DNA from: Phoronis australis
Lineage: Eukaryota > Animalia > Phoronida
Reading direction: 5' to 3'
Length of the DNA stretch: 64,000 nucleotides
NCBI GenBank assembly: GCA_002633005.1
Contig: NMRA01000259.1
Location: 151,723 to 215,722, forward strand
Shown here: one piece after another, positions 25,203 to 38,547 of the stretch
Numbering within the stretch: the first letter of the stretch is position 1
Layout of the letters: every line of letters starts with the position of its first letter
Program-made: the position numbers and the translations under genes
Notes under the pieces: generated by a model
Seen by the model: the letters and a program-made list of their open reading frames with translations, nothing else
Told to the model about the DNA's origin: nothing
Database searches by the model: none

Positions 25203-26909
25203 TAAATAGCGCCTCGAGTAAATTTAATTACGGAAGCTTGACATGCCGTAATGACATGACAGGAGTTTTCAAAAAATATGCAATGAAAATACTTGGTTAC
25301 CGTCTGCATATACACTACCACTGACACTTTCTGTCTTCTGATTGGATTAAACTCAGCTTGATAACTTCCATATCAACCGACTTGGCGTGGAAAGTCAGCT
25401 TTCAGATGTCGCTCTTCGATCTGACCAATTACAGGCTAGAGAAATCAGAAACCCGTGACAGCCGTAAACAAGGTGAGCAGACGATGGGACAGATGAGTAC
25501 AGCAGATAAAAACACTTTATATATTTAAAGGAAAATGCCGCCCACAAAACAACCTATTTTGTATCAATTTAGATCGAGTAGTTCCACTCGATATCAGCAA
25601 GTTCACTTGTTTTACCTGACACCTAACTGCAGACGGAGGTGTTGAAATTAACCAAATGAATGACGTAAACGGTTCGAACGCAGTATTTTCAGCCGTTCAC
25701 AACACGCTTACTGGTGTCATCGTTTTACACCAATAAATCATCAAAATTCTATGTAAACCCCTTACAAATACATCAAGTTCTCGAACAAACGTGTTGTTTT
25801 ATTTCACTGTTACGGATTTATAGGTATTTGAACGTAACGTATCCTACAGCGTTCGCAGGGCCAACTTACCATGGTCAATCGCTGGAGTTTGGGTCTGTTT
25901 CATGATAAATTCAACCATTCTTCCGTGAAATACAGACGGGGGAACATAGCTGCGTGTTGTACTGTCAGACTTGCGATTTTTCAGTTCTAAACACACAAAA
26001 CCCTTGTTACTCCGCACCACAGTGGCTCGGAACCCGATCAGGCCCGTCGCAGCTGCCGGGACTGGACATCACGAACATAGACCAGCTTAAGTTGGAAACT
26101 AAACCTGCAGTCACGAAAAGACTATAATAGTGAGCCAAAGAAATAATGTGCACGTTATTATTTAGGTGAATTAACCACGAAACTGAAAATCTACGTACTT
26201 GTGGGGGGCTGCGAAATCAGGTTCCCTTCCACAGAACCGTCAGGGCAAAGGTTGTACCATAAACATCTTAATGCTATAAACCGGGCGCACGCGCTACTGC
26301 AGACAACTTGACGCCATATTGGAGAGTGCTACTAGTCACGTGATACGGTTAATTGCCGTGTAAGCAAACGGGGTATACTATCCTTTTCAAAGCGCGATAT
26401 CTAACAAAATAAAGAGGCCGAAGAGTGTGATTTTTTCCAGAAACATACATAAACATGTGATTTAGTACTTACATGCGTTTTTTAAGAGTTAATCAGTCCA
26501 TAGGGAAAATGTCAAACTATTAGAAGATCGCAACCAGTGGTAGATTCTCAAATTGTTTGAGCGGCTGCACGCCTGTCAATCCACTGCGAGCGTTTTATTT
26601 TTTTCAAGACAAACCACTAAGATGGCGCAAATTTATCATTTAATTCGTGTCACTCGTTGCAAATACATTATAGTGTACACAACATGACTCTAGTACCTAA
26701 AAATAAATTTTATTATTATATGTTACTTGATTTCAGTGCCTTTAGTGCACAGCTCATAAAGAAACACGCAAAAGTTGAAAAAAATAATAATTATGTACAA
26801 CGTCATGGGTTGAACCCAGGTCGTTCGCCATACCGTTCGGATCAGAGACAAAGTGTATAGAGTGAAGAGAATGCAAAGTACATATAACGTCGAGAAGGTT
26901 CGTAGAGGG

Positions 26910-27115
26910 ATCAAAAGATGTGTTTCCGGAGGCTGCAGCAAGAGCAGCCAGGCGGAAAACGTCTCGGTGTTCCGAAGGACACCAAAGTTGCGCAGAAGTG
27001 GCATGACTTCGTGCGCCGAACGAGAGTGTGGGACGTCATCGTGGACCAAGCGATTCGGTCCGGGGCCACTCTGTGTTCTGCCCACTTTGAGGACTCGTGT
27101 TTCGACTCCAGTCAC
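26910..27115 (+). pseudogene. Frameshifted THAP (C2CH zinc finger) remnant, transposon-derived
   Basis: Two frames join to KRCVSGGCS...VSVF / VPKDTKVAQKWHDFVRRTRVWD...TLCSAHFEDSCF, the THAP signature Cx4C..P..W..CS.HF. Confidence 0.8.
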
Positions 27116-27739
27116 AGGAGACGATGAAGGCCTGGTTCAATAAAGGACAATATTTATCATTCAGAAACATCAGCTCTTAATTCAGGATCGTCTGCTGGAT
27201 GACTGGGTTGACTCGCCGAGCCCGAGGCCGCTTCTCTCGCGGGAGGATCCAGTTCATAAGGCTCAAAGTAGAAAAGTACGCAGCTGGAAGCACATTAAAC
27301 TTGTTCTCGCTTTCGTGCAACCCCATTTCCTCATCCTGGCCACCATTCTCATACGTTTCTTCATAGTATTCGTTCAATTCTTGCTCATAATCGTCGTCAC
27401 TTTCAAATTCCCTGGTCTCCGCCATTGTTCAATGCTAGTCACTGATCTCTTGTGTTCAACCCATGACGTCACATGGCGGGAAATGTGAAAATTGGCAAAA
27501 TTGAAAGAAAAATCAAAATTTTGAGCTAATTACACAAAATAAACATGAGTTTAGCTAAATTTTACGTCATACATTTAGTCTGTGGCCACCGGTAATTCAA
27601 AATGTGCAAAAATCCATGGTGTGTACTGTTTATATCCAGGGAGGTGCCGCTCAATCGGGACGTAGCCCTACTTTCTTAGTGCCTCAAAAAGCCTTTTCAC
27701 TGAGTGTTGAACAATGACCACGGGTAACTTTGTAAAATT

Positions 27740-28810
27740 GAAATATGACCCGGGTCGCTTTTAATGGGTTCTAAATTTAATGTGAACTACTGTGAAAAAT
27801 GACCTCATTGGGTTCACAAATGACAGGTTTTTAAAGTTCATTTGGGCGTTCTCCCGTTCAGTACAGCGGTTGTGAGCGTGTGATAACATCTAGCTCCTAT
27901 TTTTAACTACCGAGCATAGTCTTTTGTCTGGTAAGACAACATGCAGATAAATTATCCACCAGGCTTATAACCGATCACATGTGAACACAGTCAAACCCAG
28001 TACGTTGGTACGTTCGTACAAAATAGACTGTCTTAACTTCGATTGTAGCTGGGCGATTTTGGTGATCCAAAAACTATAAGCTTGATCAGTATTTGATTGA
28101 CAATTCAGAAATGTCATTGGTTTATGTTCAAAATTTTATTTTTTAACTTATTTTTAACAGCACAGCACAGTGGGGATATAAGATACGATCTTATCGGAGA
28201 TTAGAACAATTATTGAACAAACGAGAGCTAACCCTCCAACCCCTAATTGCCAGAATGGACTTAATCAGTCGTCAGCGTAAGACATTGACTACAGCGGTCA
28301 TCCGCTCAACTTGTTGTGATATACAATTAACAAGTTAGACTCAACGGGAGAACGCCGTAATGTAAAAAGCAAAAAACACAGACTCGGTTCCTTTCCTGTG
28401 CATGGATCGGAATTGCTAACGTTTTTTCTTCTCTCGCGCACGGTATTCCTCTCTCACGGATCTGAAGTCCCCCCGATCAAGAAGCACATGTACTTGTTGC
28501 CGTTTTGTAGTTTCCCCACTCCGTGCTCACAATGAGATCAGCCCCGCCCCACACATTATTTCTGACCGTTCGAATCCATCCCCACCCTTAATCTGATATA
28601 CGTACTGCGCGACCCTCAGCCGAGAAATAAAAAAATTCTTTTCTCACGCACGCTATCTGCATATCCCAAACCCCCTGTTGCGGGGGAACCGTTGAATAAT
28701 GACAGGACAGGTTTTAACAGACGTGAGGTCATTTTTTCACGGGCTGAAAATTCTTCACATTAAATTTAGACCCTGCTTGAAAACGGGGTCATAGTTAATG
28801 CTACATCGGC
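27740..28810. mobile_element. Long-TIR non-autonomous element nested in the Kolobok-like element (outer ends approximate)
   Basis: Inverted matches tctaaatttaatgtgaa / ttcacattaaatttaga and gtgaaaaatgacctca / tgaggtcattttttcac. Confidence 0.6.
27845..28356. mobile_element. MITE nested at a third level
   Basis: Perfect 14-bp TIR ggcgttctcccgtt / aacgggagaacgcc. Confidence 0.65.
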
Positions 28811-30764
28811 TCGGTTGGGAATATTTCCTTTCGGTTTTGAGTGCGAAATTCTGTATTTTGGGTAAAGGTTGGATGCACAATTCAGTCGTACTGGTTTGAT
28901 ACTTTGGTTACGACGCACTTTACTTTTTTGCGCAAGTTAAGTCCGTCACAAAACAGAGAGCTCGTAAGCAAGCAGTGTAAATCTGCAAAATGTCCAATAT
29001 CAACTTCCAGAGAAGTACAGATTTTGCAGGGATTTGTTTGTATTGATACAACAGAAAAACATCTGATTTTGAGTTTTTAAAGCAATATATATTTCAATAG
29101 AGAATACACTATTCACTTAGATGTACTGATTTTGATGGCTAGCGAGTACTAGGTTATTTTTCAGTACAAGTAAAAATACATATGATTGTCATTAATACCA
29201 AATATTTACTTAAATATAATTAGCAAACAGCATCATCATTGGATAACAGCATATGCTGGTCAATAATTATCTTTTTAATTGAACTTATATGGTCTCAATC
29301 ACCAAGACTGATATGGAAACAACGCATATAGTAGCTCCGCTTAAACTATGGTGGCAGAATATAAAAACGTGGTTGCAGCACTACTAACCTCCATGGCCAA
29401 ACCAACGGCAGGACCAAAAAACTAAATTCTCAAGCTGCAGGCATAGGCCTGCTAGCCCCCGCATTTCCTGACTCATGCCGTAGGGCTCCCAGTGTTTTCC
29501 GCCATTTTTGTCCTATGTAGCACTCTCGAATATGGCGTAATATTGACAACGCGAGCTGCATGTATCTGAGTGGCGCGCTCCCGATCTATGTGATGTCTAT
29601 ATGTTGTACAGTAACAATGATTTGAATAATGTATTTGTATATCTAAATAAAGATTGCCCTAACATGTGACCACAGCATATAAAATCGAGTTTTTGTTTCA
29701 CAACAGCTTTCTGTCAGCAAACACTGAGGTAGCATGCGCTCACACGGCCTCGGTGCGCGGTTACGCAGTGGTTTATTCATTGCTGACTTCTCAAACCATT
29801 TGCACTCACAAATACTCCAAAGGCATTACAAATTGCATCTAATGAGACTGACTTTGTTTCAGTTTTATATAAGCAGTGGTTAGGGTGAGAATAATTCATT
29901 TTGAAACAGAACGCAGAATAATAAAAGTCTGCATGGCAACTCGCCCGGCGCATTTCCCGACTTAGTCGAGAGCTCATTCGACGAAGACTTCACGGGTCGG
30001 ATGGTTAGGTTTCACAGACTAATCAGTTCGAACAGGAATACACTGATCAAGAAATACTAGAGAGGCGCCGCGATAATGCACAGGCAACGGAACGAATGGA
30101 TATTTCTTTGGTAAGCCGGAATTCGTCAGAGAAGTCACTGCCGGCGAAATGCTGGCCGGCCCACAGACACGGAGATGTTTCAAGGCCTCATACTTGCTAT
30201 TAACAGCGTAGGCCTACTTTTCATTCTTAACTACCGCAAGCCACTTCCTAAGCATTTCGGGCTCTCGAGGAAGTCGAAAAAACGATATACTCGCTTTCTT
30301 CGCAGCTTTATAGTTCAGACAAGTGGGAACGATGCACCGCAATATAGCGGCATTCACTCTGCAGATGAACCACTGACGTCGCTGCGTCGTTTCTCACCTT
30401 CCTCACCGGTTAACGCGACACCTCTCGGCAAGGTGAGATCGACCGTATAAGAGGCGATGTGGAAGTAGACCGATTAAGACAGTAAAAAAGACTAATTAAA
30501 TCGGGTGGCGTTCTCCTTTAAGTGCTTGAAGTCATCTACTTCATACCAAAAACATCAAAAAACATCCCCTTTAGTCGATCAGCTGACACATTAGAACTCC
30601 CGCAAACAATAGATGACGATATGTAAATTAGCTGATCTCGAGTTATGAGCATTCGTTGGTTGTTCAGAGGGGGGCAACGTTTGTCATCCTCCCGATTTTG
30701 TTTATAGTGAAAAGTTGTCAGAGTACTGCTGCTAGTTTTCCCGTGACTTGCAGTAAACTAAAGA

Positions 30765-30940
30765 ATGATGACGATGTTTGTTTGTGGTGGTTGTGACAAC
30801 TCAGTATTTGAATCCGCCATGGCTCTTTTTACTTTCCTGCGGGACTCATCTGAGAAACGCGGATATGGCACAAATTTGTGCAACAAACTCGCGTATGGGA
30901 CAAAACCGTAACAAGTAATGCTGGCGGTGCATCATTGAAT
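30765..30940 (+). pseudogene. Second THAP remnant homologous to 26910-27115
   Basis: VCGGCDNS...ALFTFLRD / RIWHKFVQQTRVWD, compared with KWHDFVRRTRVWD in the first copy. Confidence 0.65.
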
Positions 30941-32041
30941 CTGCTCTGGTAATTCTGATGATATTTGTAATTTCGATACTTCTACGCTTACCCACTTCAG
31001 TCTGGGGTCCACCAACGTTTAAGCTTCTATAATGTGTGCTGGGAGAGGTTATGTAAAATAACTAAGCTACACTCTGACACAGCGCCACCTATACTGAAAA
31101 GACGCCCTGCGGAAACATGATGAACGACACACGGAAATCCGTGTGTGGGCATCAATGCGCATGCCTTGGTCGGAAGTATACCGATCACATAGCCAGCACT
31201 TGCTCACGTCTTTATGCATTGTGCATTCCATATGTATGCCGCGACTGACGTGCTGTGTTGACGGCTAGCTTTTTGTTCGTTTATTTTTCCGCCTTGTGCA
31301 AGTAACTCCCGACCCTTTTTTCTGACTGAATTATTACCTGGTGGATTCTTCAAGTACCAATGGTATTTAAAAAGTTTTTTTGCTGTGAGATCCGGAGCTT
31401 CTGTTTTATGTGATTTTGTACCAGACGTCAAGGCGAATTCAAGAGGTCAGATGTGTGACCTGCATTTGATGCAGTTGATGAGATCTATGTCTTTGTTGAA
31501 GTTTTTGAAATGCGAGTCATACGCAGTGATTTCGTGGGAACCATTTCTACAATGTTTCTGGGTTTAGAAGGGGAAACTGTTTTTTGCAAAATTTAGAGAT
31601 CTTGTGAAACTTACAACGCAAGAACCGTCAAGCGAGTACTCAGATTAGCTGGGCGGTTAGCTCATAGGTCACACTCAAGTACGCGGAGCTAAGAAACTAG
31701 AAGTCGCTTTTCTTCTCCATGTCTCGTTTTTGGGCATTTGAATTCGGTTGCGAAGTGCAGTAACATAAAGGAAAGTTCATGTTAACAATGTTGCCTACTG
31801 TCAAAACAAAGTGAATAGTGTTGAGCACTTTTAGGGATCAGTCAAGAAATTAGACTAGTGCTGCATTAGTGGTATTAGGTATATAGTGGTCCTCCGGGTG
31901 TATTAGGTCACATGGACCTCGGGAGACCAATGGTGCTCTCGGTTCATATGATGTGTTGAGGATTGGTAAGTGGAAGTGTCACATGCAAAATAACATCGGA
32001 GCTGACTGAGGTTCAGCTCAGACTCGATACATCGCACGACA

Positions 32042-32508
32042 TCGGGATTTTCTATAGATAAGCCCATGGGCGCTTATTCGGAAAATTATGCCGACTAAAC
32101 GCCCATGAGCGTTTATTTATGTTACAATTAGTGGGGCGTTTATTGAGAAAATTTCCTTTTGAAACCCACTCACGTTAACTTATACTCACAAATTCAGTTT
32201 TGAGGAGCATTGATCACTTGTAACACTGAACAAGGTGTTGACGAACTATGCATTTATTAACATAAAATTTAAAAACACAGTTTTAAGTAAAATATGCCGA
32301 ACTAAGCAAAATTATGACTCTGTTTGAAATTCCCTTTTCCTAATAAACGCCCCGGCGTTTATTAGGAGTTGACAGAGTGAGGGAGCTGTCGTACCGCTTG
32401 AGTCACCACAGTCTTGGCTTGGTCACCTGGCTGTGCAACTCCTTGGCGTTACTAAAACTCTTAAAAATGTCCATTTTCCAATGGGCTTATCTACGGAATA
32501 TCTCGGTA
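32042..32508. mobile_element. Tc1/mariner(pogo)-like MITE
   Basis: Inverted ends gattttctatagataagcccat / atgggcttatctacggaatatctcggta (CGGTA terminus); internal palindromes such as taataaacgccccggcgtttatta. Confidence 0.6.
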
Positions 32509-33366
32509 TGTCCGTAATCTAGCTACATGTTCAGAAAATATACTATGTGTATACATAAAACTATCAGTAGATCGCATATTTTAAATTACCGTAATACAGT
32601 GTAAAATCGTACAAAAATAGTATCCATTTCTTCAAGCTACCACTTTGCCAGTTAGCGGCACACTAAGTCTTTCTGAAACGAAATGTTGACAAGAATAAAG
32701 TAATGAATAATTGAAACTGGGAAATAATTAATGAGCTACGGATTTCTGACAGCTGTTTTTACATTATTTTCCGCTCAGTGCAAGTTATACATTTAGTGCA
32801 TTACGATGCGCAACGGCGCGGGTACACACAGTTTAACAGTTTTGTCACAAATGCCGTTGTCTGACGGCACCTCAAGAATACAATGACGTCATACTTACAG
32901 ACGCTCATGTAGCTTAGAATTCTTGTAACGTTGGTCATTCTACATGTAAGCAGGAATACATTAATTAACCTTGTAGACTTTCATTTTCTAAACCTAACTC
33001 ACCATATAACCGTCGTTATCGGCGAGATGGCCTTGACCATTACGCCAGAAGAAATAACAAAGTTGAGTGTAAACTGGGAATGATAAGACAACGATGTAAA
33101 ACGATTAGATGTCAGTCGTTTGATTAGGTGAAATTTTCCATAAAGATATCAGAATTCAGACTTGAACTCGGGAACCAACTCGCATTTCGTGTAGAAACTC
33201 GAAAGCTGAGCATTTGTGTGCTCTTTGTTTAATTATATGACAAGTCGAACGTATTTAACTCTACTGCACAAAAACTATGACAAGTAAAAGTATTTTGAGT
33301 TCGAATCTTAGTTCAAGTTCAAGCTCTGACTTTGAATTTCCGACCCTAGCTCAGACACTTCATGGA

Positions 33367-35504
33367 TTATCCGAAAATGGTCGCTGGTAGGATGACAAAA
33401 ACGTAGATGATGGCAAATCCGACTCCCAGAACAGTGATAATAATTCCTGCAATACTGAGACCCATCGACACTTTGCCTTTAGTGCGAGCACCCTCAATAT
33501 CTCCGCCGCCATAAGAGCTGTCAGCTAGCACCGAAAATATGATTGCAATGATACCTGCAAAAAGCATTACAAGTTCCATTCTTAAAGTTATTTAGTGGAA
33601 AGTGAAGATAGTCAACTTATTTTGTATTTTACAGTGTCTTGAAGGAGAGAATTTTATTTTAAGTTCCACGCAGTGAAAATTAGATCAACCCGAAATCCCA
33701 AACTTCAAACCGTAGTGACGTTAAGTTAGCGGCGGTGCATGTCTTCGTTGATGCACCAATGAACTCCGTTTAGTTCTTACTATGCGTTAATAGGAACGGT
33801 AACTCGCGGTATTAAAAATCAAATTATTATGAACGAACACGATAGAGGCGCTGTAAGTGCCTAATCTTATCAGCATATTTGTGCCGTTATCCAAATAAAT
33901 TACTTTATAAAGTAAGTGTGCCTCCTGTTTTTGCTAATAGTTTCCAAGGTAATGAAACATATGATTCATACATTATGTGCTCAGTAAGATTATCCTGATG
34001 GGGATGGAAATTAATTATATCGCGGTTCGAAAAGGTTCAATACTTCGCTTTTGTTTTGGGATAACCTACTTCTTGTTTTTTCACCTTATGATGAAATGCA
34101 TAATGTAGAGTATAGACTCTAAATTATTGAGAATCGCCAGCTGAACACACACATGAATAGATTGCTTTAGTTCTGTTACAACGTCTTGGAAATTATGGAC
34201 CATGCAGAAGGTACATTTACCTTTATGCAGTTTATTTATCTCCAAAACGATAGAAATTAACTTCGTAAAAAATTCTCTTACCAAATACAATGTTGCAACA
34301 AATGGTAGTGAAAACAGCCAGACCAAGATAGTTTGGAGGTTTTGGCGCCGCCTGTTGAATGATTATTGTTGACTGAACGGGCTGATTTGTGTACACCACC
34401 TGCACAGAAAAAGGTGACAACTCTCACGACGTGCTTAGTTACTGTTTGTAACAAGTTCAACAGCAACACAATTCTCTCGGTATTAGCAATCCTCTTTACG
34501 GATAGCGAAATCTAGCTCAGAAACGTTTTACCAAGGTACGTGTGTCCGTTCTTAGCAAAGACGACCATACGCACGTCATTGCGATGTTGTTTTTGCTACT
34601 AACGCACAGTAAACGTGTCGTGATTCAGATTGAAGTTCAAAGTGATAACCCCTTACGTCCATGAATTGTTCGCCAGTACTAAAATCGATACGCGCCGTCT
34701 TAGCTACGACTGGACAGGCTACCTTTGATGAAACGGGTGTCTAGTGGTTATGCCTCATGGGAAGGATGTTGATGGGATATTTTTAGATTCTAATAAATAC
34801 ACGACGTCTCTCTCCGTCTATAAAAACCTAATGAATAGTCGAACGGGGTTTGTTTTCAGATTCACGATCACGTTATGCTTGTAAAATGTATACTGAAATT
34901 TTTTCACAATCAACTGTATAACTACATGTACACGCATGTACACAGTTTCTCCTTCGAAAGTCGGATGTCTTGAATACGTCTTAGCTAGGGACGACAAGTT
35001 TTGGTCAAGAGCGGTTTATCTGAACAGAATATTTGGGTCTGCTACATGTTTCAACATAATGAAATAGCTTTCAGTGGTAATAAAGAACATAAAGCAATAA
35101 TGTGACCCTTAACTCATCAAAATTGGGCCATATAGTAGGTACATGGATGAGGGCCTATGGGTCAACTGGCTCAGAAACACGTTTTTCTAAATTGATCCCT
35201 GATTTTAACAGGTTAATTTTGGCTCAAAATGAACAAAACCAAACCAAACCAATTTATATACTATTGGAACTGGCAATGTTTAAAATTGGTCATTAGCCTT
35301 ATTCATGTAGTTACTCACCGTGCTGTTCGAGGTCGTGTTCATCTCGTTCACTTTATTATTCTGGTAGCCAGAATCATAGCCACCCCCGGGGCCCGGGGCC
35401 ACACCGTGACTTGTGTACTGTGTATTTTGGTTAGGGTATGTTATGTTATCTGGCTGTCCGGGGTACGACGGGGGTTGTTCCTTTACCTCGTTTTCCATGA
35501 TCAT
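33367..35504 (-). CDS. CD225/dispanin (IFITM/PRRT1-like) membrane protein, paralogue A (163 aa)
   Basis: Exons 35504-35319, 34399-34282, 33554-33367 with GT-AG boundaries and phases 0 and 1. Pro/Gln/Tyr-rich N-terminus (PPSY), then PPNYLGLAVFTTICCNIVFGIIAIIFS...GDIEGAR...SIAGIIITV: the CD225 pattern of a CC pair, GD..GA and two hydrophobic segments. An acceptor just before the ATG implies an upstream UTR exon. Confidence 0.9.
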
Positions 35505-37056
35505 AAGCTGAAAGAATCATCATCCGTTCTGAAAACACTATGGTGTCTCTGCACATGTAGGAGAGCATTTGTGTAAATGTAACTGTTAATCAAAAAGATT
35601 TTTGATAGCTTAGCAGTGTAATACGTCATTTTGCCAGTTGTCGTACTTGGTTTTGAATGACCAGGCAGGTTTTGTTTCTGGAAGAAATATGAACGAAAAT
35701 ATCCGCGTGCTTAATTTTGGTTGGTGGATCAGAAGGTGGGTAAAAGTCTTTCATAGTAATTTTAAGTCGTGTGTTGTCGTAAATGGTCACCCATCTTCCT
35801 GGTTCAATAGTTCGCGTGGCTGCAGACAAGGTGACCCCCAGTCTCGCTACATTTACATATTGAGCGCAAAAATTTTGGCGTATTTAATCAAGAATAATAA
35901 AAACATTGCAAGTATAGTTGCAGGAAATAAGGAATACTTAATTTCGCAATATGCGGACGACACATCAATTACTTTGAATGGGTCGCATTTGTCATTGACT
36001 AGCACAATGAATTTACTACATTTGTTTGCTAGTGTTTCCGGTCTCCGAGAAATGAAATTGGAGAAAACAAAAGCCATATGGTTCGGAAGTAAAGCTGGTA
36101 GTGATGACGTCATTCCTACAACAGAAAGTCTGTCTTGGACTTATCGATTTTTGGAGGTTCATTTTGATTCTTAATTGGATAGTATGACGCATAAGAACTT
36201 CACAACAAGAGTGACTGAGATTAAGTCTTTATCAAAAAATTGGATTCGACGAAATTTAACGCCGTTTGGTAAACTAACAGTTATTAAAAAGTTATCCATT
36301 TCGAAACTTAATTTTTGTTGTCAATTTTACAAAATCTACCAGTAAAGATCTTGGATGAATTAAATACTATATTCGTTAGATTTGTATGGCAGGCTCGTAA
36401 TTAAAATTAAACGAGCTACGACCCGTTTAAGACTAGATCAAGGGGCGCTTCAAATGGTTAATGTACATACACACAGCAAAGCTTTAAAACTCGCTATGGC
36501 CCGTGGATATCTTTAAAGCCCCGCGTCTAGTGGTCAGCTTCTATGCTCACCCTATCCGTTTATAAAGAATTTTGCTTCATACGGAGAAGACTTTATTAAG
36601 TCGAAGTCGACTCTAATTGATAATTCCTATTGGCGCGACGTATTTGGAAGTATGGCAAATTTCTAAATGAAAAAAATCGTCGCGAGTAAAGAAGACTTTT
36701 TGAATCAACCTTTGTGGTTTAATAGTAACTTGGGCATCGGAGGGAGACGTGTTTTTTATATTAGTCTTGGTTTGTAAATGGCTTGAGATTTATCAGAGAT
36801 AAGCATACCTCTGATGGTGATTTCGTTAGTTTACTAGTAGACCATAAGATAAACAGGTTCGATATGAAAACCAACTTTGTAGAATATAATTGTGTTGTTT
36901 CTGATCTAAGAAGGTTTCAAAAAATTCTATTTCAAAATAAATTTAAAAGTGTTTTAACAAGGAGACTAGATTTTAAAATACCTATTCTCCGTCCATGCCT
37001 TTAGAATTATTCACTTACGGAAGAATGCGAAGGCTTGAAGACATATTTGTTCTATA

Positions 37057-38309
37057 GGCCTAATTCACGCCGACAGGAGGCGCGTTCCAAAACGAGGCTC
37101 GCTACGATAGCTCTGTTAGCTTATCGGCAAAGTTGTATTCCAGTCCGCGTTGCTCCGCAAACGGTTAGAAAAAATACGGACACTCAACTGTCTGCTTAAC
37201 AATCCCTGACGCTGAGATTCGGAAGCGTTGGGTCGTTGTCATACGCCGCGACGAAGCAAAATATGTCCATGTAAAATTTATAAATGTTTTCGAAAAGTTA
37301 GATCATATTTTGTCGCATCTCGGGTTGCCAAGCATCATAGTAACGACCGGAGAATGGACTAGCCAGGCTGTGTTTTCATGACTACGGGTTGAAACATTAT
37401 AATTTTTCTTTTCAAAAAGGACAGGGCCCTCAATCCCTCGATTTTGGGGCCCAATATCGGCCCTACTCCCCTCTCAAAAATATTGAAAATTCACGCAAAA
37501 TTCCCCCCACGAGGCATAATTCTCTCTGAGTACACATCAACTGTAACCACACAGGTGACAACTTGAAAGAGAACAAAAGGCAACTTTAAATTGAGACAGA
37601 GCCTATGAGAGCTTGCGACAGGACGGGGATGCTATTGGTGGTGATCGGGAGGTAGATTGTTCCCCTCGCTCGGCGAAAAAATCCTCTCAGTAGGCGCTGG
37701 CACCTTTACCCTCGGATGAACGAGGCTCCTGGAGAAACATGATAACTATGATTGCTTTGTCCAGTTAACTGAAATTGAGTTCTAAAACGAGGTTATGCTT
37801 TGGACGAATGAATTAGGTGTTTTAATTTTAAAATTCAACTTGGTCCAGATTGATATTTGAAACCTAACACATGAAATAGACTAATTGCACATGACAGCCA
37901 CCACTGTCGAACATGTCTTCAACTCCTCAACAATACGAGCAGATGACCTTGTTCGTGTAGAAAGTATTTTGATCAACAATTTACAAGAAGAAACGTAACC
38001 CTGCATTCAGCATAATACCTCATCCGTAACACTACGACCGCCGCAATTTGATCATATTTACTTTTCATGTTTCGAACCAAGTTTTCCGAAAAAAATTAAA
38101 CCCTTTCGTCAGACAACCTTTGGTGCCTTAACTTGTTCTCTAATGTATTTTTCTACGTCTCTATTGTTAATTGTCGACACATTGTTAAAATTTAATATCC
38201 AGGTTGGACTTGAAAGACCGGCAATTTAACTCACGCAATGTCAAATTCCGCTTTGTTTATCGCAGTGAGCCTCGCTTTGTAGTTTAATGTCCGCCGCGTG
38301 AATTAGGTC
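37057..38309. mobile_element. Non-autonomous TIR DNA element inserted into the LINE
   Basis: TIR ggcctaattcacgc / gcgtgaattaggtc (13/14), a further subterminal inverted match (caaaacgaggctcgctacgata vs tatcgcagtgagcctcgctttg), and TATA on both flanks. Confidence 0.75.
37615..37748 (+). repeat. Dispersed ~130-bp repeat, copy 1
   Basis: Visibly alignable with 55564-55695 (gaggtagattgttcccct...aggcgctggcaccttt.ccctcggatgaacgaggctcct). Confidence 0.85.
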
Positions 38310-38390
38310 TATATTCAACGACATCAAGAAACCTTCTAAGTCAGAGTGTAAATGGGAAATAGAGTTAGGAGATTGTTTAGGTTGGAAGAA

Positions 38391-38547
38391 AGGGGCGTAT
38401 CCAGAATTTTGAGTTAGGGGGGCCAGGCCAGAGTATTAGCCAGTATTTTGCCCGTCAGACATTCACACCCCCGGCGAACTACTAAATGGAATCTGGGAGA
38501 ATGTTAGGGGGCCATGGCCCCCTTGGCCCCCTCTAAATCCGCCACTG
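38391..38547 (-). mobile_element. CAGTGGCGGA-type MITE with 5-bp TSD
   Basis: Ends aggggcgtatcc / aatccgccactg flanked by aagaa duplication; removal restores LINE reading WKKIYALP; homologous to 25073-25202. Confidence 0.8.

Larger units (their letters stand above)
25529..30517. mobile_element. Kolobok-like DNA transposon (~5 kb, decayed) with nested elements
   Basis: TTAA on both flanks; TIR aggaaaatgccgccc / gggtggcgttctcct (12/15) plus similar subterminal blocks; contains a THAP remnant and an opposite-strand acidic ORF start. No intact transposase is seen, and the two ends could belong to two related copies. Confidence 0.6.
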
